Origin: Takakia lepidozioides
Taxonomy: Eukaryota > Plantae > Bryophyta
Assembly: GCA_030704615.1 (NCBI GenBank)
Contig: CM060733.1
Coordinates: forward strand, 28,334,001-28,398,000
Direction: 5' to 3'
DNA length: 64,000 nt
The stretch's first letter is position 1. Every line of letters starts with the position of its first letter. Of this stretch, positions 26,301 through 37,509 are shown in pieces. Made by a program: the position numbers and the translations under genes. The notes under the pieces are model-generated. The model was not told the origin of the DNA. It ran no database searches and was given only the letters and a program-made list of their open reading frames with translations.

Positions 26301-27741
26301 CAGCAGCGGCGGTACTGGAAAAACATGAGCGTTTGTTGAAGCTCGCAAAGTACAACATTGCCAAAGCTAGGAAACGGTATGAACGGCAGGCGAATCGGAA
26401 ACGGAGGGAAGTTAAGTTTGAGGCAGGCATGGAGGTCTGGTTGAACATCAAGAATTTCCGACTACCTCCGGAAGTGAGTCCGAAATTCGTACCTCCGTAT
26501 GCGGGACCCTTTCCCATCCGGAAGGTTATGAATGAGGACGTGTATGAATTGGAGCTGCCGGCAAATAGCAAGGTGCACCCGGTATTCCACGTCTCTCTTT
26601 TGAAGCCTTACTTCAAAGATGAAGCGCGTCCGAATCGGCATCAAGTGTTGCGTCCGCCACCTGTGCTGTTGGATCATGAAAATGAACCTAAGTACGAGGT
26701 GGAGGCAATGCTTAAGTCGAGGAGGTTCAAGAATCGAGAAACGGAATATCTCGTGAAATGGAAGGGCTATCATCATGTGGAGGCATCTTGGGTGCGTGCC
26801 TCAGAAATGGGAAACGCATCCGAGGCGGTTGCAGCTTTCGAAGGGCGACCTCAAAAGCGGAAGAAACGTTGAGACTCACCATGGGGCGGAGACCTTGTGG
26901 TGGGAGTCGTGGGGAGTCTTGGGACTCATCACGGTCCAATGGGGCCGTGGTGGGTGGGCCAAGACTCACCGTGACTCATCACCGGGAATCGAGGGTCTTC
27001 GTGGTGGTTCGCCAAAGGGAATTTCCACTAGGCCCAAATTGCCGGAGGGTTTCTTGGAGAGTAAAGGGGGGACCGTTATGTCTCGGTGAGCAGCCGAAAG
27101 CTCCGAGTTGGCCCGGCGGCCAGTTTGGGAGTTAGGCGCGCGCATCAAAGCGAGTAACTATGACTTGAAGGGGAGCTTACCGAAGTGAGGTGCGCGACAT
27201 GCTCGGCAAGTCAGAATTCACATCGCCGGACTAGGGTTGTTCTTTGGAAGGCGGGGTCATCGGTCGGGGGAGGCATAACTGGTCTTTATTACCTGAACTC
27301 TACTGCGAAGGTGGTAGAGATTGGCCCTTACAAAGAAGGAGGGTATGCTAAGGTCCGTCAGTGTAGGATTGTTGGCGATTCTAGAATACCAGAGCGTTGG
27401 GAGCTAGCGGGAAAAAAACCCAAGTCCAAAAATCCAAAAAAAGACGTTGAGACAACATAATGACGAGTGTTTGGCAGTGAAGTTCCAGCATTTGGGTGTT
27501 ATCTCATATTTTGCTGTGAATGCACGTGAGGTAGAAGGTTACACTCGCTGGTGGAATGGGAGGACAATACGCGACATGATGAACCTTGATAGAAAATGGG
27601 GCAACGATTCGGACAACATGGTGATTTTGGAACAAAGGGGAATGGAAGCAAAGTTCCAGGAATACGATCGCTTGCTTCGTTTCCGGAAAGTGCGCAGTAA
27701 ACTTACATGGGCACTGGTGTGCATCATGGATATTGTCCACA
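20303..27741 (+). mobile_element. Unclassified DNA-transposon-like element A with GCGACCGCC subterminal array and kinase-like ORF (split by Gypsy, truncated by element B)
   Basis: Abrupt junction with Copia gag; TGACGT-rich terminus; AT-rich palindromic array at 20510-20842; ORF at 21097-21533 continued at 27205-27742. Confidence 0.55.
21534..27199 (+). mobile_element. Near-complete Ty3/Gypsy chromovirus, inactivated
   Basis: TSD TGCTC (21529-21533, 27200-27204); 5' LTR 21534-22258 TGTCG..CGACA; PBS TGGTATCAGAGC at 22261. Gag with CFNCGEPGHMAKKC, protease LVDTGAS, RT YIDD, RNase H, integrase and chromodomain EYLVKWKGY. The 3' LTR (26872-27199) is partly deleted; many in-frame stops. Confidence 0.96.
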
Positions 27742-27742
27742 A
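27205..27742 (+). pseudogene. Protein-kinase-like N-lobe fragment (continuation of ORF 21097)
   Basis: EGGYAKVRQC (Gly loop), ELAGKK (VAIK-like), QHLGVISYFA, LTWALVCIMDIVHN (helix before the catalytic loop). Frameshift near 27445; cut at 27742. Confidence 0.6.
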
Positions 27743-27919
27743 CCCGGTTATGAGCGTCACGTCCGTCCGTCAGCGTCAGGTCACGTCAGACCTGACGTTG
27801 ACGGCGTCAGGTTCGGGGAATATTCTGGTAAAAATAGTAGCAGGTAAAATACTGCCACTTGAGCAATCACGTCGCCAACACGATGGCGGTGGAAAATACA
27901 TTTTGAAAATTAACAAAAT

Positions 27920-28790
27920 GAACGCGACCGCCAATTATGGCGGTCGTTTTATTTTTCGAAATTTAAAAAAAAAATAGCGACCGTCGTATTGGCGGTCATT
28001 CCAATTTTTATTTTTTAAAAGCAAGATTGGCAATCGCACCGGCGGTCACTTTATTTTTGGAAATAGAAAAAGAAATAGCGACCACCATATTGGTGGTCGC
28101 TTCAGAATTGTTTTTTTAAAATCAAGATTGGCGGTCGCACTGGCGGTCGCTTTATTTTCGAATTAAAAAAACAAAAAGCGACCGCTATCTTGGCGGTCGC
28201 CTAATTTAAAAAAAACAAGCGAATGTTGTATTGGCGATCGCACAATTTTGTAAATATGTACAGAACAAGCGACCGCCATATGGCGGTCGGTAAATTTAAA
28301 ATTATTTAAAAAAAACAAGCGACATATGAAAATAAAAGCGACCGCCACACCGGTGGTCGCTTGTATTAAATCAATACAATATTTGCGACCACCAAACCGG
28401 CGGTCGCATTTTTAAATATATATTAAGTTTAAGCGACCGCCAGCCTGGAGGTCACTTAAACTTGAAAATGTAAAGATTAAAAGCAATCGCCTTACTGCCG
28501 GTTGTGTTTTTTTTTTAATATTAAAAATAAAAGCAACCACCATATTGGCGGTCGCTTTATTTTAAATATATTAACAAATGAAGCGACCGCCATACCGGCA
28601 GTCGCATTATATTTTGAAATAAAAAACAATAGCGACCGCCATACGGGCGGTCGCTTAAATTTAAAAATATACAAAATAGAAGTGACCGCAATATTACACA
28701 AAATGAAAGGAAAGAAAGCGACCGCAGTAGTGGCGGTCGCTTGTTTCTCATAAAAAATAAAAATAGCGACCGTAGTATTAGCGGTCGTTT
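27920..28790. repeat. Array of AGCGACCGCC(n)GGCGGTCGCT palindromes in AT-rich spacers
   Basis: More than 15 hairpin-like units are directly visible; the same motif occurs at 20510-20842. Confidence 0.88.
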
Positions 28791-30686
28791 AATTTCAAAA
28801 TTATAACAAATATGGTTGTACAACCTTTTTCGGGTGGGCGCTATTGGTTCGTCAATTATTCAACTTCTTGAAATATGTGAGCAGCCCTGCTGCACGGGTC
28901 TGTGTTGATAGAGGTGGCAGCCTTGGCGCTTTGGAGCTTCCGTAACACAGGGAATATGCAAAAAAAAACCAAGCTCCAAGTGTCTCCGCCGGCGGAGACG
29001 CTTGCAGGAGGTTCCTGAAACCTATGAGCTGAGCAAAAAAGAATGTACTCAATGGGTATGCGCCGGCGGATATGCCAGCGCAGTCCACTCGGAGCATCAG
29101 CAACTTTTGAGTATGCGGAAAAACAAAGGAGATGGAAAATGGGAGAACTTCCTGAAACATTTGAGCAGCCTTGCTGCACAGGTATGCGCCGGCGGATACG
29201 CCAGCCCAACCCGCTCGGAGCATCAGCAACGTATGAGCATGCAAAAAAATAAACGGGATGGGAGTAGATGAGCACTTCCTGAAACATGTGAGCATCCCAG
29301 CTCCAACGGTATGCGCCGGCGGAGGTGGCAGCCCAGCCCTTCCAAGCATCAGAAAAAACCAAGGGGAATGAGCTGTCTCCGCCGGCGGAGACGGTTGTGT
29401 GTATGTGTGGAGATTCGCAAACTTGTGAGAGTTGAAGTGACTTAGGCATCTGCGTCGACGGAGGTGCTAGATTAGGAGCAGCTTGGTGGGGCTTATGCGA
29501 TGGCGCATATGCCTAAGTGCAGGTCATGAAAAAAAACAAAACTACAGCTTACCTTCTCCGTCCGCAGCTTGCCTCTACCACCACCACCACCAACAACGCC
29601 TCCCTCTCGAGTGTCTTTCTTCCTCCCCATCACCGCAACAGCTCGTTGCCTCGGGGTGGTATAGTATAAGGCCGAGATGCGACGCCTCCGTCTCCTCTTC
29701 GCAACGGGAGTCTCCAGGGTGTAGAGACTAGATACGTGTTAAGTACTTGTGTAGTTTGTGTGTGTTTGTTTGGGGGAGTGGCAAGGGATAATGTGCAAGT
29801 ATACTAGACTACTTTAGTGTAGTAATGATACCGGGTTAGTCATGTAGTAATGGAAACAAGTTTAACTGAACAGTTTATTAACAAAAAAGTAGAGGTTGTT
29901 TCATTGAATAGAGCATGGCTTGTTGGTAAGGTTGTGGTGTATTTTCCACAAGGTTGCGGGTTCAAACCTGCCCCCGCCAAGGAGAGCGGGGGGAAAGGGG
30001 GGCGAGAGGGCTAAGGCCTTAAAAAGGCCAAATTGGCCAAATCTGAAATGTGAACCTTTTTTATACACTCTGGCGTTAGTGCTTTGTGGACTACATGGGT
30101 TACACGTGGATCCTCAGAAGATGGTTGTACGATTGACATGTTACTTTGTGGCGGCGCCTTCATAATACAATATAAAGTAAGTGATAAAGTAACTAAATAT
30201 TTTGTTATGGATGTCTTAATCAATTTATTGGTTTTAGAGTCAATTGTCACCACAAATACTTGTACTCATTACTCATACATGAGTAATCAAAGAACAAATC
30301 AACATACATGTCATGGGATTTGATTGTAAATAAATTGTGCCATCTAGTGTGTCAGTTCATAGTTGGACGATTAATCAACGATTGGTTGTAAAATAAATGG
30401 AAACATGCAGAGCATTTATGTTTCATATGCTCATAAGAAGAAGGCAGTACATTGGATTCTAAGATCTCAACAACGGCGCCGTCGTCTTAAAAATAGGGGA
30501 TAGTCCATTTAGTTGTTTCTGTCAGAGAATAATATGGATGGAGCACATGCCTCAAAAAATTTGGACCTTCTGGATTGATGATACACATAAGTAATGTAAG
30601 TCATTTAATGTATTTGCATAAGGTCTTGCAAGATGTGCGCTTTCATTCATTTTGCATCTTCTCTCAAACTTTGAGGGCATTGCTAA

Positions 30687-33600
30687 ATGTCTACACCAAA
30701 ATATGCAGTGCTTTCATGTCCACCTGATGCAAAAGTGGTTTGTTATCCTTGCAATGGAAACAAGTGCATTATCCCAGAACCTTGGTTATGCAATAGATTC
30801 AAACTTGTTCCAGGTTCAGTTTTTTTGGAGGATGATGGAGATGATGATGCCTCCACAGTGTTGCTTCCAGTTTTCAATGACGGCCAAAAGCAATGGGAGT
30901 TGTTTCCAGACACTTTCTCCAAGTACCGTGTCACACGTACGAGCTATATACAGTCACATGATGAGAGACACACTTCTATTGCAAGAAAGAACGATCAAGC
31001 TGCAACAAATGGGAGTTGTAAATTGAAGGAGGAGGTTGCAGATTCGGCGAGCTTGGGGTCTCATAATTCGGATTGTGTTGAGGTTTCTAAGAGTGTATTT
31101 TGTGGATCTCAACCTTCCTCATCTGCTCATACGGTCTTGCTTTACGACATGAAGCCTCGGAAAACTCCATTGGACAACACCACGTCTGATTGTTGCGAAT
31201 CTGCGAGGGGTTTATCTTCATCTCCACGACTAGCAGGGGAGGCTACATCTGCATTTCCTTCTGGTGTGTTGTCCATTTTGAGTATCTTGGCCACTGCTCG
31301 GAGGAATGGATCAAAATGAGAGCTTTCTACCTTGGACTATAGTCACATTCCAGTGCATCGTGTTCGGTGTCTTCCTCGAGCTTTTGATGGAAAAGTGATC
31401 CACGAACTCCCCCACGTGGTCAAACTACGTACGGACCGTGGTTCACAGTCCCTCCAAGGCATGGACCGCAAGTTTGATGGTCATCCTTGGTGCAAGACCA
31501 ATACCTACAATATGTCTGGTGTTCCAGATCATGTGAAATGTAGTAAGGTTCTTTGTGTTGGAAAGCTCATATGTCAAAGCAGCACTTGCCCCTTCTTCAA
31601 GAAAGAAGGAGAACGGAATGACCGCTATTGGGAAGGCAATGCAGACAAGGTGTTCATTGCAGAAGCCCAAGTTCCATTCAACCAGTTCAAGTGTAGTTTC
31701 TGCAAAGAAAGACCTTTCTGTGAGGCGCATTGTGGGGCAAGAATGTACTATGTCACAAGTTCCCTTCCAACATATACACGTGTTGCAGTTCACGTTGGGT
31801 TTCATAACCATCCATGTGCCAAGGGCGAGAATAGAGAGGCTGCGGAAAATGCATCAAGCATGATTCAAGAGCACGTTAAGATGAAGCCATGGTCGACCCC
31901 GGGAGCTATTTCCTTGTCAATGGCCCAAAAGCTCTTGATTGATCGAGTTCTTGTGGCTGATGGCACAGAGACAGTACGTCTTGAGGGAGAGGCTTTGGAA
32001 GATATTCTTGAAGAGTTTGCCCATGTTTGTAGCCCCAATGTGAAAAACAAGGTTGCATCTGCACGTGTCAATTCCATCATGTCCATATTGGAGTTGAAGC
32101 GTCTGAGTACATACCATTTCATTCACAACAATCTCCTTCCAGGCCAGCATACTTCTCATCTCCCATATGTTTTCAAGTTGTCTGTTGTGGTCCCGGGAGT
32201 GGTGTTGATCTTGTGTGTCGCATGAGTGAGGGGGATCTACGCACAAGTTGGGTAGTATTTGACCATGTCAAACGCATCAAGGATTGGACAACTCTTGCAT
32301 GTCATGTCTATGAACCATATGTCAAGCGAATGATGACCATTGCCATTTGCGATATGAAAACAGAGGATGCAGATGCTCAGGTGTTATTCTGGGAGATGAT
32401 CAATGAACAAGCAAAACTTGCTGGCTTGAACAAACCAAATTTTGCTGGCTTTATGGCGGATGCAGCAGGAGCGAATTGGGCTACTGTTCGAAGGGTTTAT
32501 GGATCTGATCCCAATGTCCCAATGGAAGGTAAAGAAAGAACATGTTTATATCATTGGGCTGAAAGCCTCCGAAGACACACCAACGACTATATCTTGGAGG
32601 ACTTCCGTGAAAGGCACACTCAGCTCTGTTATGAATGGAAAGATAGTGCTACCTTGGAGGATGCTACAACCACATACATTGCAATTCGGGCTTGGTGGCT
32701 CTCTTCAGGAGCATGCACAGAAAAGAGTCTGCCAAAACTGGATTCATGGCTTGCATGGTGGCACTATAGATATCGAATGTGGGGCCAATGGATGAGAGAT
32801 GACATGGATGTGGAGGCAGATGCAGATATGCCTACCACTAATTTGTCTGAGGCAGTCCATTCTGCTTGGTGGAAGACAGCAGGCAATGGGAAAAAAATGA
32901 AGGTGGATCTATATGAGGCCACCATGCATGACATGTCACGAGCTCTTTTGCAGCAGGCAACATTTTACAGGCACACCACAAGAAAGACATGGGGGACGGG
33001 CCCGACAAAGAGGAGCTCATGTTGCGTCAAGCAGCTAGATCTAATAGCCTAGCAAAAATGGGTAAGGTTGTACGTGGCATAGTAGCTGGAACACCCATGC
33101 ACACAAGGGGGGTTCAATTGGAGGGAGACAATCGCACTATTCCAGTAAAACGCAAGTTAGGCGATGAGCATGGTGGGCCAAACGAATCTTGGAGGTGTGA
33201 TATGAATGTAAAGACTGTTCCAGTGCGCGCCACTGGGATGCCCAGTCCACACCAGCCATCTAGGTTTGTCAGCTCCAAATCAAGTCATGACATTCCTGGT
33301 TCTTCGACTTTCTGTGAGACAAATCCACATGTTGCTATCCCTCCTCAGCCAATGCAATGGGGAAATCCAGTGAGAGAGACACAAGACTTTTCCGATGCAT
33401 TGTTCAGGATTCAGCAGACAGGTCCTGCTTCCATGGTTCGTTGTTCTGCCTTGGTTGGAGTTTCCAAAGATAAATGCAAAGCGCTCATCAGGAAAAGTAA
33501 AGGAAGTCATGCACCTTGCTTCACTGGCAAGTTACTAGCACCGAACATGAAAGAACCAAAACTGCAAGTTTTTTGGTTTTGCCCCACAGATGTTTTGTCG

Positions 33601-34227
33601 TGTGTTGGAGGGACCGTGCCATCCTATTGCTTGGGAAAACCGGGTATACCTAACGTGTGGCCTGTGAAGGTTGGAACCAACCTTACACAAGAAGAGGTGG
33701 ACAACTTGACCCTTGCAGGTTTTCGACTAGTCCATCCTCCCAACGTTCCTGATCCGAACTTTCCTGTGGGACCACTTCCAATGGAACAACATATTCATCA
33801 AGGTGTTGTCCTTCCTGTGGGTAAGTATCCCACTACACGCTATGGGGTGCGCATTTGGCGTCGGGATCCGACTCCTCGACACTTGAGTCGCCAAGAGTCA
33901 GCGGAGACTCTTATTGCTGAGGTTCGTGGATTCAGAAACGTGCCTCAGCCAGGTTATGGGAGAATTTACCAGCTACAAACAGAGGGATCTACCAGAGCAG
34001 GATTGGTTTACAATGTATACATTGGTCAGTTTCCATCTTGTGATTGTCCCGACTTTGATGAGCTATCTGTCAAGAAGAAAAAACAAACATATCTACCTTG
34101 TAAGCACATGTACTTCATGTACAACGTGCATCTAGGATGCGCCGGGGCTTATGAGATCCACCAACCTTCCCTTAGCCAGTTAGAGGTTAGGGCTATGCTA
34201 AAGAAGGACCCTAGTTCAACTTCTTAG
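30687..34227 (+). pseudogene. MULE-type transposase with C-terminal SWIM zinc finger, about 1180 aa, disrupted
   Basis: In-frame TGA at 31317 and frameshifts near 32200 and 32990. Motifs: C..C/HNH zinc finger, VVFDHVKR, GFMADAAGA, CLYHW (CxxH), TTNLSEAVH and CDCPDF..PCKH (SWIM). Confidence 0.8.
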
Positions 34228-34855
34228 TGACACATGAAATGTACAAAAAAAGAACCTCTAACTCGTGCCGTTCATTTTCATGCATGTGACATGTAATTAT
34301 CTTGTTACTACTTTATTCCAAACATGACACATAACATTTGTTAGTACAGAAGTTCATATTTTGGTTAAAATGGAACTTGTGTACCTGTCATACAAGTTTT
34401 CAAATTATAGAACTGCTTGGCATTACAAACAGACATGCAATGTGGTGGTTCCAAACATGACACATATGCATTTGTTAGTACAAAAGTCCATATTTTGGTT
34501 AATATGAAACTGTTTTCCTTGAATACAAGTTTGCAAACTATTACTTTGGCCAGGGATCTTGTATTCTCTTCAATTTAAGGTGGTGCATTAGTTGGAGTTA
34601 GTGGTCACATGCATCTTTGACCATTGACTACTGATTTTGTTAGCTAAGATTTATTTTTTATTTTTTATTTTTTATTTATTTTTTCTATAGACATATGATG
34701 TAACATTTGCATATGCAATAAATACGTCGTATTCTATGTTATATAACTCCACTGCATACAATCTACAATGTGTGCATACAAATTTGTCACATGCATATAT
34801 AATAAGAGATTTTGTGCATGCATGCACGCAACCTGTGCATATGGAATAGCAACCC

Positions 34856-37508
34856 CCCCCGGCTGCACTAGCCTTGGTAGCAGGTGTCAGTGCTGCACGT
34901 GTAGCTCTCCCCAATGGCATAGTAACCTCCGCCTCGGTAACAGTCGGGCGAGAACTAGATGCCATGGATGGCGTCGACACTGTCTCCGCCAATGTGAATG
35001 ACTGAGGAAGCCTCGCCTGACGGCTTGCCTCCCTACGCTGTGGATCCAATTCCACCTCTGCACCTCGTGGCTTAGGAACTCATGCTGCTCCTCGAGTCAC
35101 GGCTGCATCAAGACTCCACCTGCACTAGTGGTAGTGCTGCTCCACACATGAATCCCATGCCTCCCATATCTCCTCCCTCAGGAGCAGGAGGTGGACCATC
35201 CCGCCTGGGAGCCGGTACCACCTGAGCTGTAGCCATGGCAGCGAGCCTCTGCTCTAGCTGCTGAAGCCGGTTGGCCATGTCTTGGTCAACACCCTGATCT
35301 CCGCGTCCTTGGCCATGTTGAGCTTGCCCTTGGCCTGCACCTCGTGCCCGACCACCTCGTCCTCTCTGGGCTGGTCCACCTCGCCCCCGGCCACCATTGT
35401 TCCCTTGGAACTGGCCTGGGCGCAACTCAGGGTGCAAGTCATAACACTGGGCATCTCCATGCCCATACTTGCCACAATGCCCACACTGCAACTGTGCAGG
35501 CTGTGCTTGTGCCGGCCTTCTGCCACTCTCTAGGAAATCTCTCTTGACATGGGGTCCTCCACATGTCCAACATATCACCCCTGGTTGCTGTTGGCCTGCA
35601 AAAGATGCCACGGGCCTCTGCACCTGAGGTCCCCTGTAAGCTCCATGGAACTTGGGTTGGGCAACTTTGTCCCCCTGACCACGCTGTTGGGCAGTCCCTT
35701 GTACCTGTTGGCTGGCAGCTGCACCTCGTGCAGGCATGTCCTTGCCAAATCCAATGGTAACAACTCGCTCCTCCACCATGTTGAGCTCAATCCGCTCAGC
35801 CAGCAGAAACACATCCGCTAATGTGGGTTGGGCCGCTTGTAACAGGGTTGCATCCCGCACCCTTCTTTTGAGCTCCTTGTCCAAAATTCCATACCAGAAC
35901 TGGACTGCCTGAGCTTCGGTAACCCCTTGGGTCACACTTATCAAGCGCCTCATACGAGTGTAGGCCTCTCGCAAGCTCTCACTGGATTTGCGCTGGAAGT
36001 CTTGCAAACTTCGCAGCTTCTCTGTCCGTACACCTTGGTAGTTCCTCCGCAACTCCTGGAAGAACTCCACCACCGGGTTGAATCTAGGCACATGTGTTGT
36101 AATTGTGGCAGGAGGAGTAGTAGCACCTTTTGAATTGGTACCACCTGCAGAAGTGCCGACACTACTTGTTCCACTACTAGTGCTTGTAGTTGGAGATGTT
36201 TGTATAGCTGCCGGTGTCACCGCTGCCCTTGTGCCTCTAGTGATTGAGACATAGTTAGGTGACCAATACTCTCGCCACTCCTCAATCTCCACTGCATGTC
36301 CCCGCCTAAATTCATGGTAATCATCCATGGGCGGCCCCTCAAGGTGCTGGAATAGCCCCTTCCACGCCATAAAGAGCGTAAACAGTTGTGGATTGCGCAT
36401 TTGCTGCAAATCACACCAACTGTCAAACTCTTGTATAAAGTCATCAAGCTCGATGGTGCCCACAGTTCCAGAGTACCTACGTGGCCCCTTGGTAGCTCCA
36501 TACATCTCTTCCATCGTGTCCCACAACAATGGCACGGAAATGGCTTGCACCCTCGGCGAGAATCCTCCTGACTCCGAGTCTGAACTTTCCTCAGAAGACA
36601 CTGAAGGTGAAAGTGGCCTAAACCGCACACCTTGTCTTGTGTACCCACTAGTATTGCTGGTGCTTGTACCGGCACTCCCCTCAGCAGCTGGTGGCACCTC
36701 CGTGATGAAAACTCACAACCCAACTGGTTGTCAACCTGTCTCTAATCCCCACTTTCTACAAGGTAACCGGATAAAGAACCTGTTGCGGCTATTGGTTCAA
36801 GCAGGAATAATAGGTTTCTAACGTAGACCTGTATCTGCACCTGCATCCACCACAAGCACTCCTATGGTCTACTGGTCATCAACCCAACCTCACCATAGAA
36901 GAAACACCGGTGGTCTTGCTGGTCATCACTCCAGCCTCACCACCGACAGCATACTCTAGGATTGGCCGGTGATCAAATCCAGACCAACCTCCTATGAAAA
37001 CAAGCGCCCACACAAAGCTAACATGGCGCACAGTCAAGCATGCAGGTGTGGAGGGGATCCAAACACAAGAAAATCAAGACAGCAACTCCCCCACACCAAA
37101 AACACTCCACAGTGTCACTCCTGCAAGGACACCCCAGCCCAAACCCGGACTGACTCTTGCCTCCACCTACGGAAAGGTTTTGGCCTACAGAGAGGGTGAA
37201 AGACTATGGAGAAGAGAAACTAAAGCAATTCCTAACCCCAGAATGCTCTCATCCCACCACTCTCCCTCCTATCTCTATCCACTTGCTTGTATGGCCGTGG
37301 CAAGTATCCTTCAATATCCCTCAATCAATCCTTCAAGAGCTCTTCAACATTGTCCACCAAAGCTCCTCGAAGGGTCCTCCAAGGACCCCAAAGATCCTCC
37401 AAACACTCCTCCAAGGACCCCAAAGATCCTCCAAATACTCCTCCAAGGGCCCTCAAATATCTTCCAAACAATCCTCCAAAGGCCCTTAAATTTCACTAAG
37501 TCCTTTCA
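34856..37508 (-). mobile_element. Ty3/Gypsy 5' remnant: LTR (37508-36995) and gag
   Basis: LTR has TGAAA..TTTCA ends and internal repeats of about 33 bp. A tRNA-3'-end-like PBS candidate follows at about 36994-36966. Truncated before pol. Confidence 0.7.
35108..36697 (-). CDS. Retrotransposon Gag-like ORF (529 aa)
   Basis: YSG..LDDFIQEFDSW, an MHR-like LQDFQRKSSESLREAYTRMRRL, and zinc knuckles CWTCGGPHVKRDF (degenerate) and CGHCGKYGHGDAQC. Confidence 0.75.
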   Translation of the reverse strand: MPPAAEGSAGTSTSNTSGYTRQGVRFRPLSPSVSSEESSDSESGGFSPRVQAISVPLLWDTMEEMYGATKGPRRYSGTVGTIELDDFIQEFDSWCDLQQMRNPQLFTLFMAWKGLFQHLEGPPMDDYHEFRRGHAVEIEEWREYWSPNYVSITRGTRAAVTPAAIQTSPTTSTSSGTSSVGTSAGGTNSKGATTPPATITTHVPRFNPVVEFFQELRRNYQGVRTEKLRSLQDFQRKSSESLREAYTRMRRLISVTQGVTEAQAVQFWYGILDKELKRRVRDATLLQAAQPTLADVFLLAERIELNMVEERVVTIGFGKDMPARGAAASQQVQGTAQQRGQGDKVAQPKFHGAYRGPQVQRPVASFAGQQQPGVICWTCGGPHVKRDFLESGRRPAQAQPAQLQCGHCGKYGHGDAQCYDLHPELRPGQFQGNNGGRGRGGPAQRGRGGRARGAGQGQAQHGQGRGDQGVDQDMANRLQQLEQRLAAMATAQVVPAPRRDGPPPAPEGGDMGGMGFMCGAALPLVQVES

Positions 37509-37509
37509 C

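Larger units (their letters stand above)
27742..34855 (+). mobile_element. Mutator-like (MULE/SWIM) element B with long subterminal palindromic arrays; right end missing
   Basis: TGACG-rich terminus, GCGACCGCC/GGCGGTCGC array at 27920-28790, CGCCGGCGG repeats of about 120 bp at 28860-29400, and a transposase pseudogene. Confidence 0.65.

Noticed and set aside
27447-28823. ORF 27447-27977 as one protein, and neighbouring AT-rich ORFs
   Set aside because: Only the part before 27742 is kinase-like; the rest reads through a transposon terminus and repeat array.
29911-29979. Functional tRNA gene
   Set aside because: No convincing acceptor or anticodon stem pairing; only the promoter boxes resemble tRNA.
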